Source: Bugula neritina (lineage: Eukaryota > Animalia > Bryozoa). Taken from it: 64,000 bases of DNA. The notes below the pieces were generated by a model. That model was given only the letters and a program-made list of their open reading frames with translations. It made no database searches and had not been told where the DNA came from. The DNA lies in the NCBI GenBank assembly GCA_964035545.1, contig OZ037766.1, positions 10,530,722 to 10,594,721 on the forward strand. The letters are read 5' to 3'. The position numbers and the translations under genes are program-made. Below are positions 25,228 to 38,400 of the stretch, piece after piece (the first letter of the stretch is position 1; each line of letters begins with the position of its first letter).

Positions 25228-28200
25228 ATGGATTCCAAGTCAAAAATGGGGTAATTATTGTTTAATCACAATATTTGAAACTGAATTTGCCAAAATAACA
25301 AGCAATTAATCATAAGTTGGAAATTATTCTTACACAGCTTGTTTCAAATTAATATATTATTATATTATGTATATGTACCAAGTTTATAATTTAGAATTAT
25401 TATATTACTTCATAGTCTTTTAGATTGATCAGCTTTAGCTAATACTAATTGTAATGAAAGCAAGGAGGTGTTGATGTTTGCCTTACAGTTGTGTAAATAA
25501 AGCTTTACCTTGCAGTATGTAAACATATCTGTTTAGTTTGAGACAATATTATAGTAGGAGGGTGTACCATGCAGTTTGTTCTGTTACGATAACACTAGTA
25601 AAAAGAAGTTGCTTGACTGCTTCTCTTTTTTTAAGTTATCTAATTATGCAAACTTTCATTTTTGTTTCACTCTGCTATTATTTTCAATACATTTTACTCA
25701 TTTTAAATGTTTTATGATTTTCATTAACTTTGGAGTTATCTCATCTTCCTATATTTTTTGAGCAGGTATACAGATAATCCCCATTTTGAAACGATGTCTT
25801 CAGACTTTTTGTATCATATCAACATATCTACCTCCTCTCATGATCTGAAGAAACTGTTTTCAGATGTGAAGGTATTATGACATGCTTGTTACTTGAGTTA
25901 CTAATCCACTCAAATTAAGTGCAGTGATGAAGAAATTGGCAAAAGCTTATATTCTAGATAAGACATATTATGCAAAATTAAGTTATGTTCTCCTGATGTT
26001 TTCAGCCCACACCCAAACCAAACTCCAGAAAGATCATTAAGTAGCTATTGGAATTTCTCTATTACTGCACCTCTAAGTTATTTTATTGCTATTTTTAGCT
26101 CCAATATATGTTTGATCCTGTAAAAAAATAAAACTGTATAGATGCACAAGTTTGTAACATTTAGATAGCTCTTAGTGGTAAGCTATCACATGCAGTTTTA
26201 CCTTACAGTTTTAAACCCGCAGAATTTTGGCCATTTTTCCATCTTCAAACCACAATTTGACTTAATTTGTAGATAATAATGAATTATATAGTGAATATAT
26301 GTTATTTGTATAGTTAAAAACCACTGACTTGCATTATACTATTATTACCATTATTATAAGCTAAAGAGCAATATTGTCCATTTAGATTTATCAGGAGTTG
26401 TCTCTTCTCAACATCTTGAATTATATTTTGATAGTTAATGCTTATGTTTTGTATTTTTGAAAAAATACGTAATTGCAGCATTTGTGAGATCCCTGAAGTT
26501 TATCATGCAGTCTTTTGAAATGCTTTGTTAGAGATTTAGGCTAAGATACAAAGTCAAGCACTTATTTGTGTGTAATATGTTTCAATTCATTGTAGTTTGT
26601 GTGCATTGGTGGCTCCAATGGCCGGATGTTAAATGTAGCCAAGTATTTAGCTAAGGAGCTCTCCTCTTATATGCCTGAGACAGTAGATTTCACAGACCTC
26701 ACTGGCTCATCCGACAGATTTGTGATGTACAAAGTTGGTCCAGTATTGTCAGCCAGTGTAAGTGTTTTTACTAGGTGCATCATTTTATAGGTACTTAGCA
26801 TTGTAGTTTTCTATATTAAAGGTATTTTGCATTTGATCTGTATGTGATTTGGTATTTTGTATTGCTATCAGTTTGGTATACTCAAAATGTTTGCTAACAA
26901 TTAGTTTTATTTCAAAACACTATTTTGCAAAACTAATGTAAAAATTTTAATTAGCAGCGTTTTTATTATTAATATTTATGCAATGACAACTCAAAAAAGT
27001 ACCTAATCAATATTGTTAAAACTTTTTTGATTTATGGTATTGGTTTTAGTAAGAAATGTTTTTTTTAGTTAAAGCAAATCAACAATTAATTTGTGTAATA
27101 TTTTCATATTACTCTCATCTATGTGTAAATCTTCTGAAGGTAAGGGCTTTTAAGTGAATAAAATACTGTGCCTTTCACTATGTTGACAACACGGTTTGAG
27201 AGATGAGGTTTGTAGCATAGAGGTAATTAGAATTCTTCCTGACATCACTAATGGCTTTGTCAGGATTGCATCAAAAGGCTCAACAGTAGGCCAACACTCT
27301 AGCCACTAAATCATGGCTGTGTTAATATAGATTTTATATACTAAAATGTTATCAAAAATATTACCCTGTGCACATTGTTTGTATAGCATGGTATGGGAGT
27401 GCCATCTATGTCAATCCTTCTCAATGAAATCTTCAAACTATTAACTCACGCTGGTGCTAAAGATGTTACGATAATCCGTTTGGGAAGCAGTGGAGGTCTT
27501 GGAATCGAACCTGGCACTGTTGTTGTGACAACGGAAGCTGTGAATGGCGAGATCAAACCAGTGTATGAACAGGTAGGCAGCCATATTAATGATCAAATTT
27601 GTAGCTTTTGCTTGATTTCGACAGAGAACTATTATTGGATACTATATTTTCTGTGAATCTATTAATGCTTTATGCAGCTACACTTTGAAATCTTCTTCCT
27701 ATTTTACTTTAATATTTTGCTCCTATTTAATTGATCATAAATTGTTTTCTCAAACTTTGAAGTTGTTTACACTAGTGGTGTTTTTCACTTCACAGGTGCA
27801 GGACTTGCATTGGTGTATGAAGTTGCAACTTGAATGTTTATTGGAAAACATCTAAACCCATGCAATATTGCAACCTGGCACTGTCAGCATTGTTTCCCTA
27901 CATAACTGGCCGTATCATTACACTCATCACATGCACTGTGACATATTTTAATGTTTTAGTTCATTTTGGGAAAGCGTTGTGAGCGAGCATCAGTGCTAGA
28001 TCAAAGAATAGCTGAAGATGTAAAGAGCTGTGGAACAAGTGAAGATGACTTCGAAGTTGTGCTTGGCAAGACCATGTGTGGTGGTGGCTTTTATGAAGGT
28101 TTATTTACATAAATTTAGTATTTCTTCAGTGTTTGTATTTATTCTATATATAAAATTATATACTCATTTAATATAAGCCTATAATATACTTATTTAATAT

Positions 28201-31200
28201 AAGCTTATACAGTATAGAGACTTTTATACACCTGCAGTGTGTAGACACATCATGATGGGAAATATACAGAGAGGTAGGAGTAAGGTTAACAGAGCCTTAG
28301 GTCTTTCGTTAGGTAGTTAGTGCCACTTTTATGGAAGTCTATGCATTTTAAGGCTAAAAGGTGAAAGGATTAGTACTAACCTCAACTAATATGAGCTAGT
28401 GTAAATGCTCAGTGAGGAAGGATTGGATCGTAAAGATCAGATCAATATTTAATTGAATTCAATTATTGGTGTTCCTGTTTTCTATAAGCTGAAAGATAAA
28501 TGATATTTGTGAACATTTCTTTAATATATTTGTCTTTATAGGAAATCAAAAATATTATTTTTCTTTTTTCAGCTCATTCCAATTAGAATAAGCAATTTGA
28601 AAGAGTTGAGGGCAACAATTTTTATGTTTCAGATTGTTGAATGTAATTTCTTGGAGCTTTCACAATTGTTGCGCAAATAGTTCTTAATGTTTTGATTTAA
28701 TTTTTAATAATTAGACAATATTAGCTAAATTTCTCCTCCAACATGTTAGAAAGACATAATTTGTTAACCAAAAATAATTGGCATTAAGTATTGGTACCAT
28801 TTCAAGAATAACTATAGAAATATAATTTTATTTATAGTAATTGCTGGATATTTGATTTAAAGTATAAAGTGTCATTTCATAGTAAATCATGACCAATTAA
28901 AGGCAAAGTAAAATTTGCCAAATCAGTATTTTTACATTCAGTGTGTACTTACCAATAAATATCTTAGACATTACATGCTCTGTTTTTTTATATCTGAAAG
29001 CTAGACCCTTGCAATAAATCTAGGTTAAAATATTAAACAACCAACTCTAAAACTCATAATAATATAGTTTTAATGTGTAATGAGAGCTCATAATGAGCGC
29101 TTGTTTAACCTTCTATTTTTCAAGAAGAACTCATTTTTTAATTTTACCTCCAGAGGTTTAATTACAGCTACCCTTAAATAATTTTAATTTAAAATTTTAT
29201 CTAAACATTAAATGTGTACTCATCATCATACCTGTCAACTATTACACACATTCAGGCGGATGAAGATTATTTTTATAATATTGTCACTCCTATGCTCTAT
29301 GGAGTTGCCTCATCTTTTTTAATCAGATTGGAATTGTGTAAACAAAAATGATTATTCATAAAATTTCTGTTTTTGCTTAGCCAGCAAGTGCATTTAGTAA
29401 TTTTAAAAATTTGCATGAATTCTTTTAGTTCCGTGAACTTTAAACATTTAGTTTGCTTTGCAATGTTTACACATTTATGCACCGTATAACATTCTATTTT
29501 TGATGATGCTGTTTTAGCATTATCTCCAGATTTAATTGCAGATTTAGTTGCCTTAAATCAGCAGATAGTTATGATTACCGTGGTAACAAGTATTTTAAAC
29601 TTCTGTACTAGCCAATATAAAAGGAGCTGCGTGCTTTTTCTATCTGCCAACACCATTGGCCCAACTACCCTGCATATAAACCAGATTCCCTAGCTTTATA
29701 ATAGAATGGTTAGGTAGATATCTACCAACCATTTTTGTATATAAGAATCTACTATATAAATGGCTAGCCGTGTCCAAGGCTCTGAAACTGCTAAATTCAA
29801 ATTCAACAAAGCAGATATTCTGATTCTGTATAATCATGGTGTGTTTTTAGTAAATGTTGGTAAGAAACTTCGTTTTGGCGGACCTGTTTGATACTGTTTT
29901 AATCGAAAATGAGAATTTTATGCTAACCTGTGAAAACAAATAGTACAAGTTGCCATTGTTTCTAGGCAAGAAAGCTTTACAAGAGTTTGGGGACATTCAT
30001 ACCTTTATCATTACACCAATTGCTTTACGGCATCAAACTTTGGGTTACTTTAAACTAGTTTCACAAAAATAGAGAAAATGAATTGAAGAATAAATTACGA
30101 AACAGTTTTATTATTGAAACCCAACAGCACCCAGATAATCAAAAGTGGTTCATATTTATGTTTTGTTAAAACTTCCATCTTATCTAGTTTAGACTCTGGT
30201 AAACTCCGTAACAGCAAATTAGCTTATATAGTTATCATTAAAGCCAGAAAATTATGTTCTATAGAAATCTATATGCATAATGTCAACAGATTACAATTTA
30301 AAACTTTTATAATATATTTTAGAACAAGGAAGGTTAGATGGGGCAATCTGCCACTATACAGCTGAAGACAAGTTCGCATTTCTCCAGAAACTGTACGATT
30401 CAGGAGTTAGAAACATTGAAATGGAGTGCACTGGTTTGGCTGCATTAACAAACCAAGTGAGCATGAAAGGTTAGTATGTTCTAGCAGACACTCAAATTGC
30501 ATTTGGTGGGACAATTTTAAATTGATCAATTATTTTGTTACTGATAATTTCGTATTATATACACTCTTCAGGATAAGTGTTATACAATCAAGAAATAAAT
30601 AAAAGTTTATAGAATACATACACACATGTATGTATGTATTATGCAACATATAATGTTGATAAAAGCAATTTTGTTTCAATTTTAAATATAATTAAAAAAG
30701 AATTTTAATTTACAAGGTTAGAACTGAGCTTGCAAGACTGATTACAATAGAGCCATAATTGTGGAAGATTTTTAGTTCAGAGATGATTGCAATCACTAAT
30801 ATCTTTCCCTCACCTATATTGCTTTCACTCCATTACTCCTTGTGCAGATTTTAGATGAATACATATAATTTGTATAAAAGCTAACTTTGGTTCGCATTAT
30901 ACTCAACTGAGAAATTAGTAGATCATACAGTATAATGTAGCAGATTGTGTAGTGTGGTATTACACTTTAGGGTAAAGTCATCAGTTTCTCGTGATGTGGT
31001 GTAATATATATGGTATAACAGGAAGTGTTGTATACGATGTAGTGTCAAGTACTAAATTGTGTTGGTTGAGTGGTATGTTGTAGTATAATGGTGTGGAACG
31101 TCTTATATAAAAGACATGCTGTTTATGCCTTTTAGAGTGATAAAATAACTCTTTAAAATCGTGAAAATATGGCTCTAAATAGAGTAACACCTTCTCCAAA

Positions 31201-32580
31201 ATGCCAAACTATCTCCAGATTGTCATGAGACTAAGACTATTATTTGCATCCAATACTATTCTATGAATTCGGTATTGTAGGTTATAAAAGGTTTATATTA
31301 GCTGGTTTTGCATTCAAGTTATAATTGAAACTATAAAAGTCCTTTTCAATGCAAATGATTTACAGTATAAATTTGTTGTACTCTTTTTCACATCTCTTTT
31401 TTTAAACTCATTGAGCTTCTCAGACATATTCAGTGCTTCTTATGGTTTAGTTAGTGCAGTTTTTTTCTCACCCTGTTGATTCATTTTGGTTTGCTTTAAT
31501 TTAAACTGCTGTCTTTTGTCTACCTGAGATAGCCAGTGCTAACTCTTCAGGCAGCAAGTATTCATCACCCAGTAATACATATATTCTGTCTAGAGATATT
31601 GTTTCAATTTAAGTTGACTTTACTGGTTGACCAGGCTTATAGAGTTCATATTCTATTAGATAAATATTTTTTGCACAAATTTGTAAATACACTAAGAAAA
31701 TACGAGAATGTTTAATTTGAAAGTTATGAAATTACAGTTTACCCAAGGGTTTGAAAGTTTTGCTAGATTAAGGTATGTGGACTGTTGCACACACATGACT
31801 TATTACTCATCACATGGCATCTTAGTAAAACAACAACTTAAACTTCATATGAACTTCATGGAACACTATGTTTTTCAGTGTCCAATGTTGTTTGTTAATT
31901 AAATTAACCAGGCAGCACAAAGACATATTTGTTTTTTTCCATATAGCAGTTGACTTCTGCATCAAGTAAACCTCTGTCCTGGCAGAGTTAGTAAAAAGTC
32001 ATCTGTTTCTATCAGCAGTATTTTTCCCTCTCCTTCATACATTCTTCACATATTTTACGCTCATATCCGTGATCTTATAAAATGCTAATAAATTATGTGT
32101 TACATATTTACAGTTGTTTACTGTTACGTTTGGTAACAAATTAGTTACACATGTGAGAGGTTTCGCAACTCTGTGTACAGATCGTTTAAGATTATTTTTA
32201 TCTAATGATGATGTCATTAGTTTTGTGAGCAGATGCAGTAAACTTTGATGAAGTGTGTTCTCAAGTGGTTACGATCGTCAGTTGTACAATGCTATGTGCC
32301 AAAAAAAAACTGATAAAAAATTACCTTGCATTAAGATGAAAAGATCTTTTCTGAACGTTTTAACTTCACTTTTAAGCTAATTTGAAGTACGTATTGATAT
32401 ACGCCGAAAGTTTAATGCGTTTTTATTTGTACTTTAGCCGCAATTGTTTGTGTTGGTCTCCTTAATCGCTTGGAAAATGATCAAGTCACAACTCCTGAGG
32501 AGAAGTTGCACGAGTTTGAGATGAGACCAGCCAAGATTGTTGGGAGATATATCAAGAAGAAGTTGGATGAAGCCAAGTAA
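25228..32580 (+). CDS. UPP1: Uridine phosphorylase (UPP1/UPP2 family), complete, 7 coding exons
   Basis: Exons 25228-25250 (gccATG MDSKSKMG), 25766-25871 (NPHF..DFLYH..LFSDVK), 26596-26757 (FVCIGGS..R..DRFVMYKVGPVLSAS), 27387-27572 (HGMGVPS..RLGSSGG), 27960-28098 (GKTMC..FYE), 30323-30469 (QGRLDGA..GVRNIEME), 32438-32580 (CVGLLNRL..DQ..TAA). All GT-AG with consistent phases. Confidence 0.96.
27200..27320 (-). mobile_element. Old, diverged partial copy of the same SINE family in a UPP intron
   Basis: agatgagg...ttcttcctgacatcactaatggctttgt...ctctagccactaaatcatggctg is collinear with copy 1 (cagatgagg...ctcttcctagcatcaccaatggcctttgt...ctctagaccacggctg). Confidence 0.6.
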
Positions 32581-32855
32581 CTCTTAATTAGTAGGATAAA
32601 TAATTTCCCGTAATTCCCTATAGTTACACATAAATCAGCAACCTTATAAAACACTTTCTTTGTTCTCATTTTCACTAGGCTAATTTTTTGCCAATTCTTT
32701 TCAAGAATAAGCAATTGATGATTTAGTGAGTCAGATTTTCACCTATGCTGTCAACAGCAGTATTGCTATGCCACTTAATATTACATAATTATTTAAACCT
32801 TACACATTGTTGATAGGGCATCAACAGTATCATGAATGATGTATTTGTTCATGTG

Positions 32856-32865
32856 AATAAATAAA
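32856..32865 (+). terminator. Likely polyadenylation signal of UPP
   Basis: Overlapping AATAAATAAA about 275 nt after the stop codon; common in AT-rich DNA, so tentative. Confidence 0.45.
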
Positions 32866-35157
32866 CAAAGATATTACATTATAATATGTACTAAATGATC
32901 TTGAGTTCTTAACCGATTTTACTGATATGTCAAATTCTGTTTTCAATTATGCTCAGTTCTTTGAACTTGCCTTTGAATAAATAATATTTTATTCATACTT
33001 GGCATTCATTCAGGTTGAGTTTTACAGTGAAATCCCAAAGTTATAGGATCCTGTGAAGCACGTGTGTACAATACTGCAAGTGCTTTAATTTATTGAATCT
33101 AAGCTCGTAGGAAAGTGGTTTTAGTTTAAAGTGTTTCTTGTTCTCCTTGGCTCATTACATATAACTGTTTCTAAAATAGCCCTTGCTTACAGCAGCTTTA
33201 ATGCATTTTCTCTGTTTTTACAAAGCCTGAGTAAATTTCGTAGTAAGCACTCCTTTCACAGTTATACTTCAACATTCACCATCAACATATTATACCTGTT
33301 AGCTTCATGAACCCTCATATCTAAAATATAGGTCCAATTTATTTTATTCTCTTCAACTATTGACAGATTTTGTACTGTAACTTGTATTTTTATTACCACG
33401 CCTAAACTGTAATATATTTTGCCTGCTTTGTCCTCTAGTCTAAAATGAATATTTCACTATTTTCAATTTTGGTTAGTCTGCTCCGAAGAGATTAACATTT
33501 GTGGAATAAGTGCTACAATTGCACTTTTGATTTTATGAATCTTAGTCTACACTATGCAGATGCTAAACTTAAAAATGTGGTGACTTGTGAAATATTTTAT
33601 TGAAATGGCTCATTTCCAATAGCCACTTATATTATTCTTGCGCTATTGCAAAACTAGGGCTTATTTGGGTTGTTGTTACTAGTTTCTCAAGAGAATGCTA
33701 TACCCAAAGGCAATAGTTTTCTTATTATACAGTTGGTTGTCTTTCCTTTGATATGAGACTCTCTAGAATTTGTTCACCACAACTTGTCTGCTCTCCTCCA
33801 ATGCTATACAAATATCAGATTTAAAAAGTTATTGATGTTGAAGCCAAATCTATAGGTTCTACTTAAGACCTTTTTATACGCAACTGTTTATCGTGTTGCC
33901 CTCATTCGAAAATGTATAATTGTGTACATTTACTGTAATTAGGTTAACGGCATCAAGCTATAGGTTTTCCTCTTTAAACTATTCACTATTTGTCTAGTGT
34001 TTTTGTAAGGCCAAAATTTTAAACTGTTTTTTTAAACATTCATGTAATTTGGTAACCAGACATTACAAGCTGTTCTCAAAATACTATAAACATCAATATG
34101 AAAAATTTTAATCTCAGAGAAAATTAAATGTTTATAAAAGCCAATGACTGAAGTAGTTTAAAACTAGTTTTTAAAATCTAAGCATGGAAGTGGATGCAAA
34201 CATAGGCTAAATTAAAGTTGTCTAGTTAGTTTCACAGGCTGCTTTCAGAAATAAACAGCATCAGCCATTTTTTATAGCTTATAAAATACTTTTAATTTGT
34301 GTTTTTATTCATTTAAAAATAGATGTACTCAAGTGTGAAAATATGTTTTATGGCGTTACTAGTAATTTATAATCTTTAATATTATAATATTTTCAAATAT
34401 ATTTTGAAAAATGCTTGGGTTGCTTTTCAAAACATTTTAATTAATTAATATAGTGTGTGGGTGATGCTTAACACAAGGTGAAGGCCATGTTTACTGGAAA
34501 CACTTTTCCTTTACCCATAGAAAATTGTGCTAATATTATATAAAGATATTGCTATCTGCATGGGGAAAATGTTATCCCAGCAGTAATTGCTAATTAGTAC
34601 TTTCTAAAATCAGCTAATTTGAGCAATCTCATGACACTTGTAATGTTTATTTGTTACATTTGTAGTGAATTTATAGCTAGACTCCATAGTTCACACTTCA
34701 GAAGTATGATGAAAAAAGTTTTTAGAGGTCCTAAGTGATGATTTAAATTGATGTTGAAAAATTGTATACTTCATCGGAAACCCTTGTTTTAATTCAAGCT
34801 AGTGGAAGCTAATGATATTGCTGTAACACTGGTTACATATATATAGACTTGTGCCTTACTTAACCTAATCTCTCTATTAGTGGGAACTGAGAATTTAAAA
34901 ATGAAAATACGAAAAGTAAAAATAGGATTAATGCAAATGTATGGATATCAGAAAATATCTTCCAGTAGCAGCAATAGTATTTATTCATAGCTTATCACAT
35001 AGCTTTGCCAATGAAGTTATCACCACCTGAGCCTCTGACTGCAGTTGAGAGTGCAAATAATTTCAGGAGTTGACTGTAAATTTTTGCTTTTTCTCGGTGC
35101 ACATTATGTTTACGTTAGGCAGCGCAATAAATAAACTTCATCAAGTGTGTAAAAAAC

Positions 35158-35215
35158 CACGTGTTCACAAATAAGAGATATAAAAGACCCTTCAAGCAAT
35201 GCATCGTACATTGTT
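35158..35215 (+). promoter_or_regulatory. Candidate TATA promoter of the astacin gene
   Basis: CACGTG at about 35158 and TATAAAAG at 35179-35186, about 260 bp upstream of the ATG. Confidence 0.45.
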
Positions 35216-35443
35216 TGACTTTATTTCTATCAGATATAAATGCAGTAATTGGCATTTTAATCTACGCTATACATTTCAACTATAAGTATCCTTCTCTCTT
35301 ATCATTTTGCTAATTCAACCACTTTGCATCAGCTGGACTTTGAGTAAAATTTGTTGCCATAGTAGTTCAGATTATTATTCACTACTGACAAGGACAGAGC
35401 AATACTGACACCAAAGGTAGAACTACACTACACGCTGGAAAGA

Positions 35444-38400
35444 ATGGATCTGAAAATACTTACTCAGAGCTTATTCTTGTGCCATTTACTGTACTACCCT
35501 GTAAATGTGAGTAACCCACTGTTTATAATATAAGTTTAAAATATTTTTGTAATGTATGACTAATATATTTCAAAGTTATGTTTGAAATAAACCTAAGAAG
35601 TCATGTGAGTTTTAATTGAATAAACTTTTGGTAAACTTGAATTTCTAGGCGAAATTGGTGTTAGAAGTTTTTCAGCAGTATAGTTTTGCAATATGAAAGA
35701 AATTACTATCAGCATTCCATGGGGAAGGGGGAGGAGGTACAAAAATGCAGAAAAGAGGATAACTCAAAGATGTTCATCAAATAAACTTGGCATTATCACA
35801 TGTTTATTTAGACGGCAATGTTTTCAAGTAGTTGCACTAATCACTGATGTTTGCAGTCATTAGAGTATGTTTCTGTCTAGATGAGTCCAAACTAATAAGA
35901 ATGGATGCATATATGCAAGAAACTCTAAGCTGTTTTGTCAATATTGACAGAAAACATTAAACTTTCTTTTGTAATTTTAGCTGATGCTTCAGCTGCCAGT
36001 GTAAATAATTATTTCTAGGATTTGCTTTTTGCTTTTCTATTCTCAACTGCCAATTGCCGGTACTGGTGGAAGTTAGTGGTTGCAGAAACAACTTGTCCTA
36101 TTTATAAACAAATTATAACTGTTATATTTAGCTACTTCATGTTTCTATTCAAAATATTATGCTTTTAGTATTCCATAATCATTTAGTATTTATTCATTTA
36201 CTTGAATAGGTTGTGGTTATATCTCTGGAGCTAGCTTTTATTGTTGGCATATCATATTTTATTTTTAAAGATTTTTTATTTAACCGCATAAGTTATGCCA
36301 TATGTCATCAAGGTTATTGCTGTTAGCTACATGTTGACGCTGCAAAAGTTCAAAATCCAATATCTTATCTATATCAAAAATTACTTTTCTTAAAATTTTG
36401 GAATTGTTGGTGATTATTATTGTCGCCAAAGTAATGGGTTTTCGATGAATAAAAGATAACAATGCTCTTGAAAGTTATCTATTTTTCAAGTTATTAAACC
36501 TATTTATTTGCTTTATAAGTTACAACATAATATAATAAAATTAATATTTTTGACACAATTAATTTTCTTTGGACTTTTAGACTCACAGATCAAGTGGACG
36601 CCTCATTATTGATGCTGCAAAGAAGGCCTACGAGAGTAAGTTACACTATAGTACAGCCTATCATGTTTTATGACGTAAAAGTAAGTACAATTCTCTAAAA
36701 CACAAAGTTGATGCTACTGAATACACAACTTGACAAACGTTTATATTGCCCAACAACAATATAGTTTATTTCATACTAAAGCATCTCCTTCAATCTTATC
36801 TGCTGACAATTTAGTAGCCAATGCCAATTAATTTGATAGTTTGCCAAAAGAAAGACAATAATAACAATACTTGACCATCTCATTTATCTGATAAAGATTG
36901 ATAAACTAAAATAGTATCCAAATATATTTTGTAACTCGTATAATGCTTTGTAATACTAGGCTACTGAGATCTATTAGTAAGTTATAATTCCTTCACATCT
37001 TATTTCTTAGTAGTGTAGTTTACTAATACTATAGTCAACTTACCAACATTCTCACCCCAGCCACCCTGTAGCAATAATATTTGTTACTTAAAAGTTAAAG
37101 TTGCTCTGTTTCTCACTTTTTAGAGTCAGTAGTGCCAAACCGCCATCGTAGAGATGCTTCATCTCCCATAAACGATGGTGAAACAAAACTAGAATCTCTT
37201 CTTCTGTCGGACCCATCAAATGCTCATGTGGTAGAATTTGATCTCATCTTGGATGATGATCAATATGGTACTTTAAAAACAATTGGCGAAAACTACAATA
37301 AATACAGTAAGCCATCTCACAGACAGAAAAGAAAAGCTATTCGACACTCGATTTACCACTGGCCTGGTGCTGAAGTTCCTTATAAAATTCACTCTAGTGT
37401 TGGTATGTTATTCTATTTGATAAAAAATACTATACTTTTTTTAGTATATGCTATATCTAGCTTTGTGACGGTGTGCTAGGGTAACCATATCTCTATAATA
37501 TTACCAGACTCATCTGGGGAAAGTTATTATACTAGTTTAATATTTGTTTTATAAAAACTAATTTCATGACAAATGAATGACTATTATTAGTTCATGTGAT
37601 ATTATTCATCACTGTTATTGCAATTTAAACCTTCGGGATCATTGCATTAGATCAGGTGAATCGAACATTCACCTCGAACATCCACCTCGGTGCATTCTCC
37701 ACATGCCTAACCATGCTATGACGCATAGTTTTTACACAGCTGAGCTCCTAAGCTGTGTTTGTTTTAGCCCAATTTTACTATATTGTTGTGATACTAAAAC
37801 ACACCAGATTTTATCTTCCTTTTTATTTGTCAGCAAGGCACATATTTTATTGACCAGTTATTTAATATTTTGTGTGTCTATAAAAATTCATTAAAGTCAT
37901 TAAACAAGTTGTATTCACAATTGATTGTGATTACGCAGAAGAAAGTTTTGGGTTACTTTCATTATTGGGGTATAATTTGAAAAGCTTTTATAAGTATAGT
38001 ATATACTAAGATTCAAAAGGCAGTCAGATGGCAATACTGGCTTTGTAAAATATTTCCAATCAAATTTGGGCCATTGATAAAATCAGCTATTAGGAGCTCA
38101 CTGTTGAAATACTTTCATTAAGACACAAAAGCAAATCGTAAGATAAAAACGGAGGCTCATTTACCTTATGCAGATAAAATTGACACTTCACCACTAAAGC
38201 AACTTATGTTATCACTGGTTTTGATAACTAAAAGCGTGCTATGAAATTGAATGAGTGTAAAAATATCTATCAACATTCTCATCTTTACAAGTCTTAAACA
38301 CAAAAGAATGGCTGGTGAAGTTTTTTCTAAAAATATATCTCATGACACCGGCTATTGGAGCAAAGTTTTCTTAACGTGCCGTTTCTTCAAGAGATTGATA

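Noticed and set aside
30930-31100. GT-rich periodic stretch as a possible further lattice tract
   Set aside because: Looks like a decayed ~5-bp microsatellite without the AST 6-bp phase; the same applies to about 61930-62030.
35286-35294. GTATCCTT U12-type donor motif
   Set aside because: Lies upstream of the astacin ATG with no evident exon or U12 branch site requiring it.
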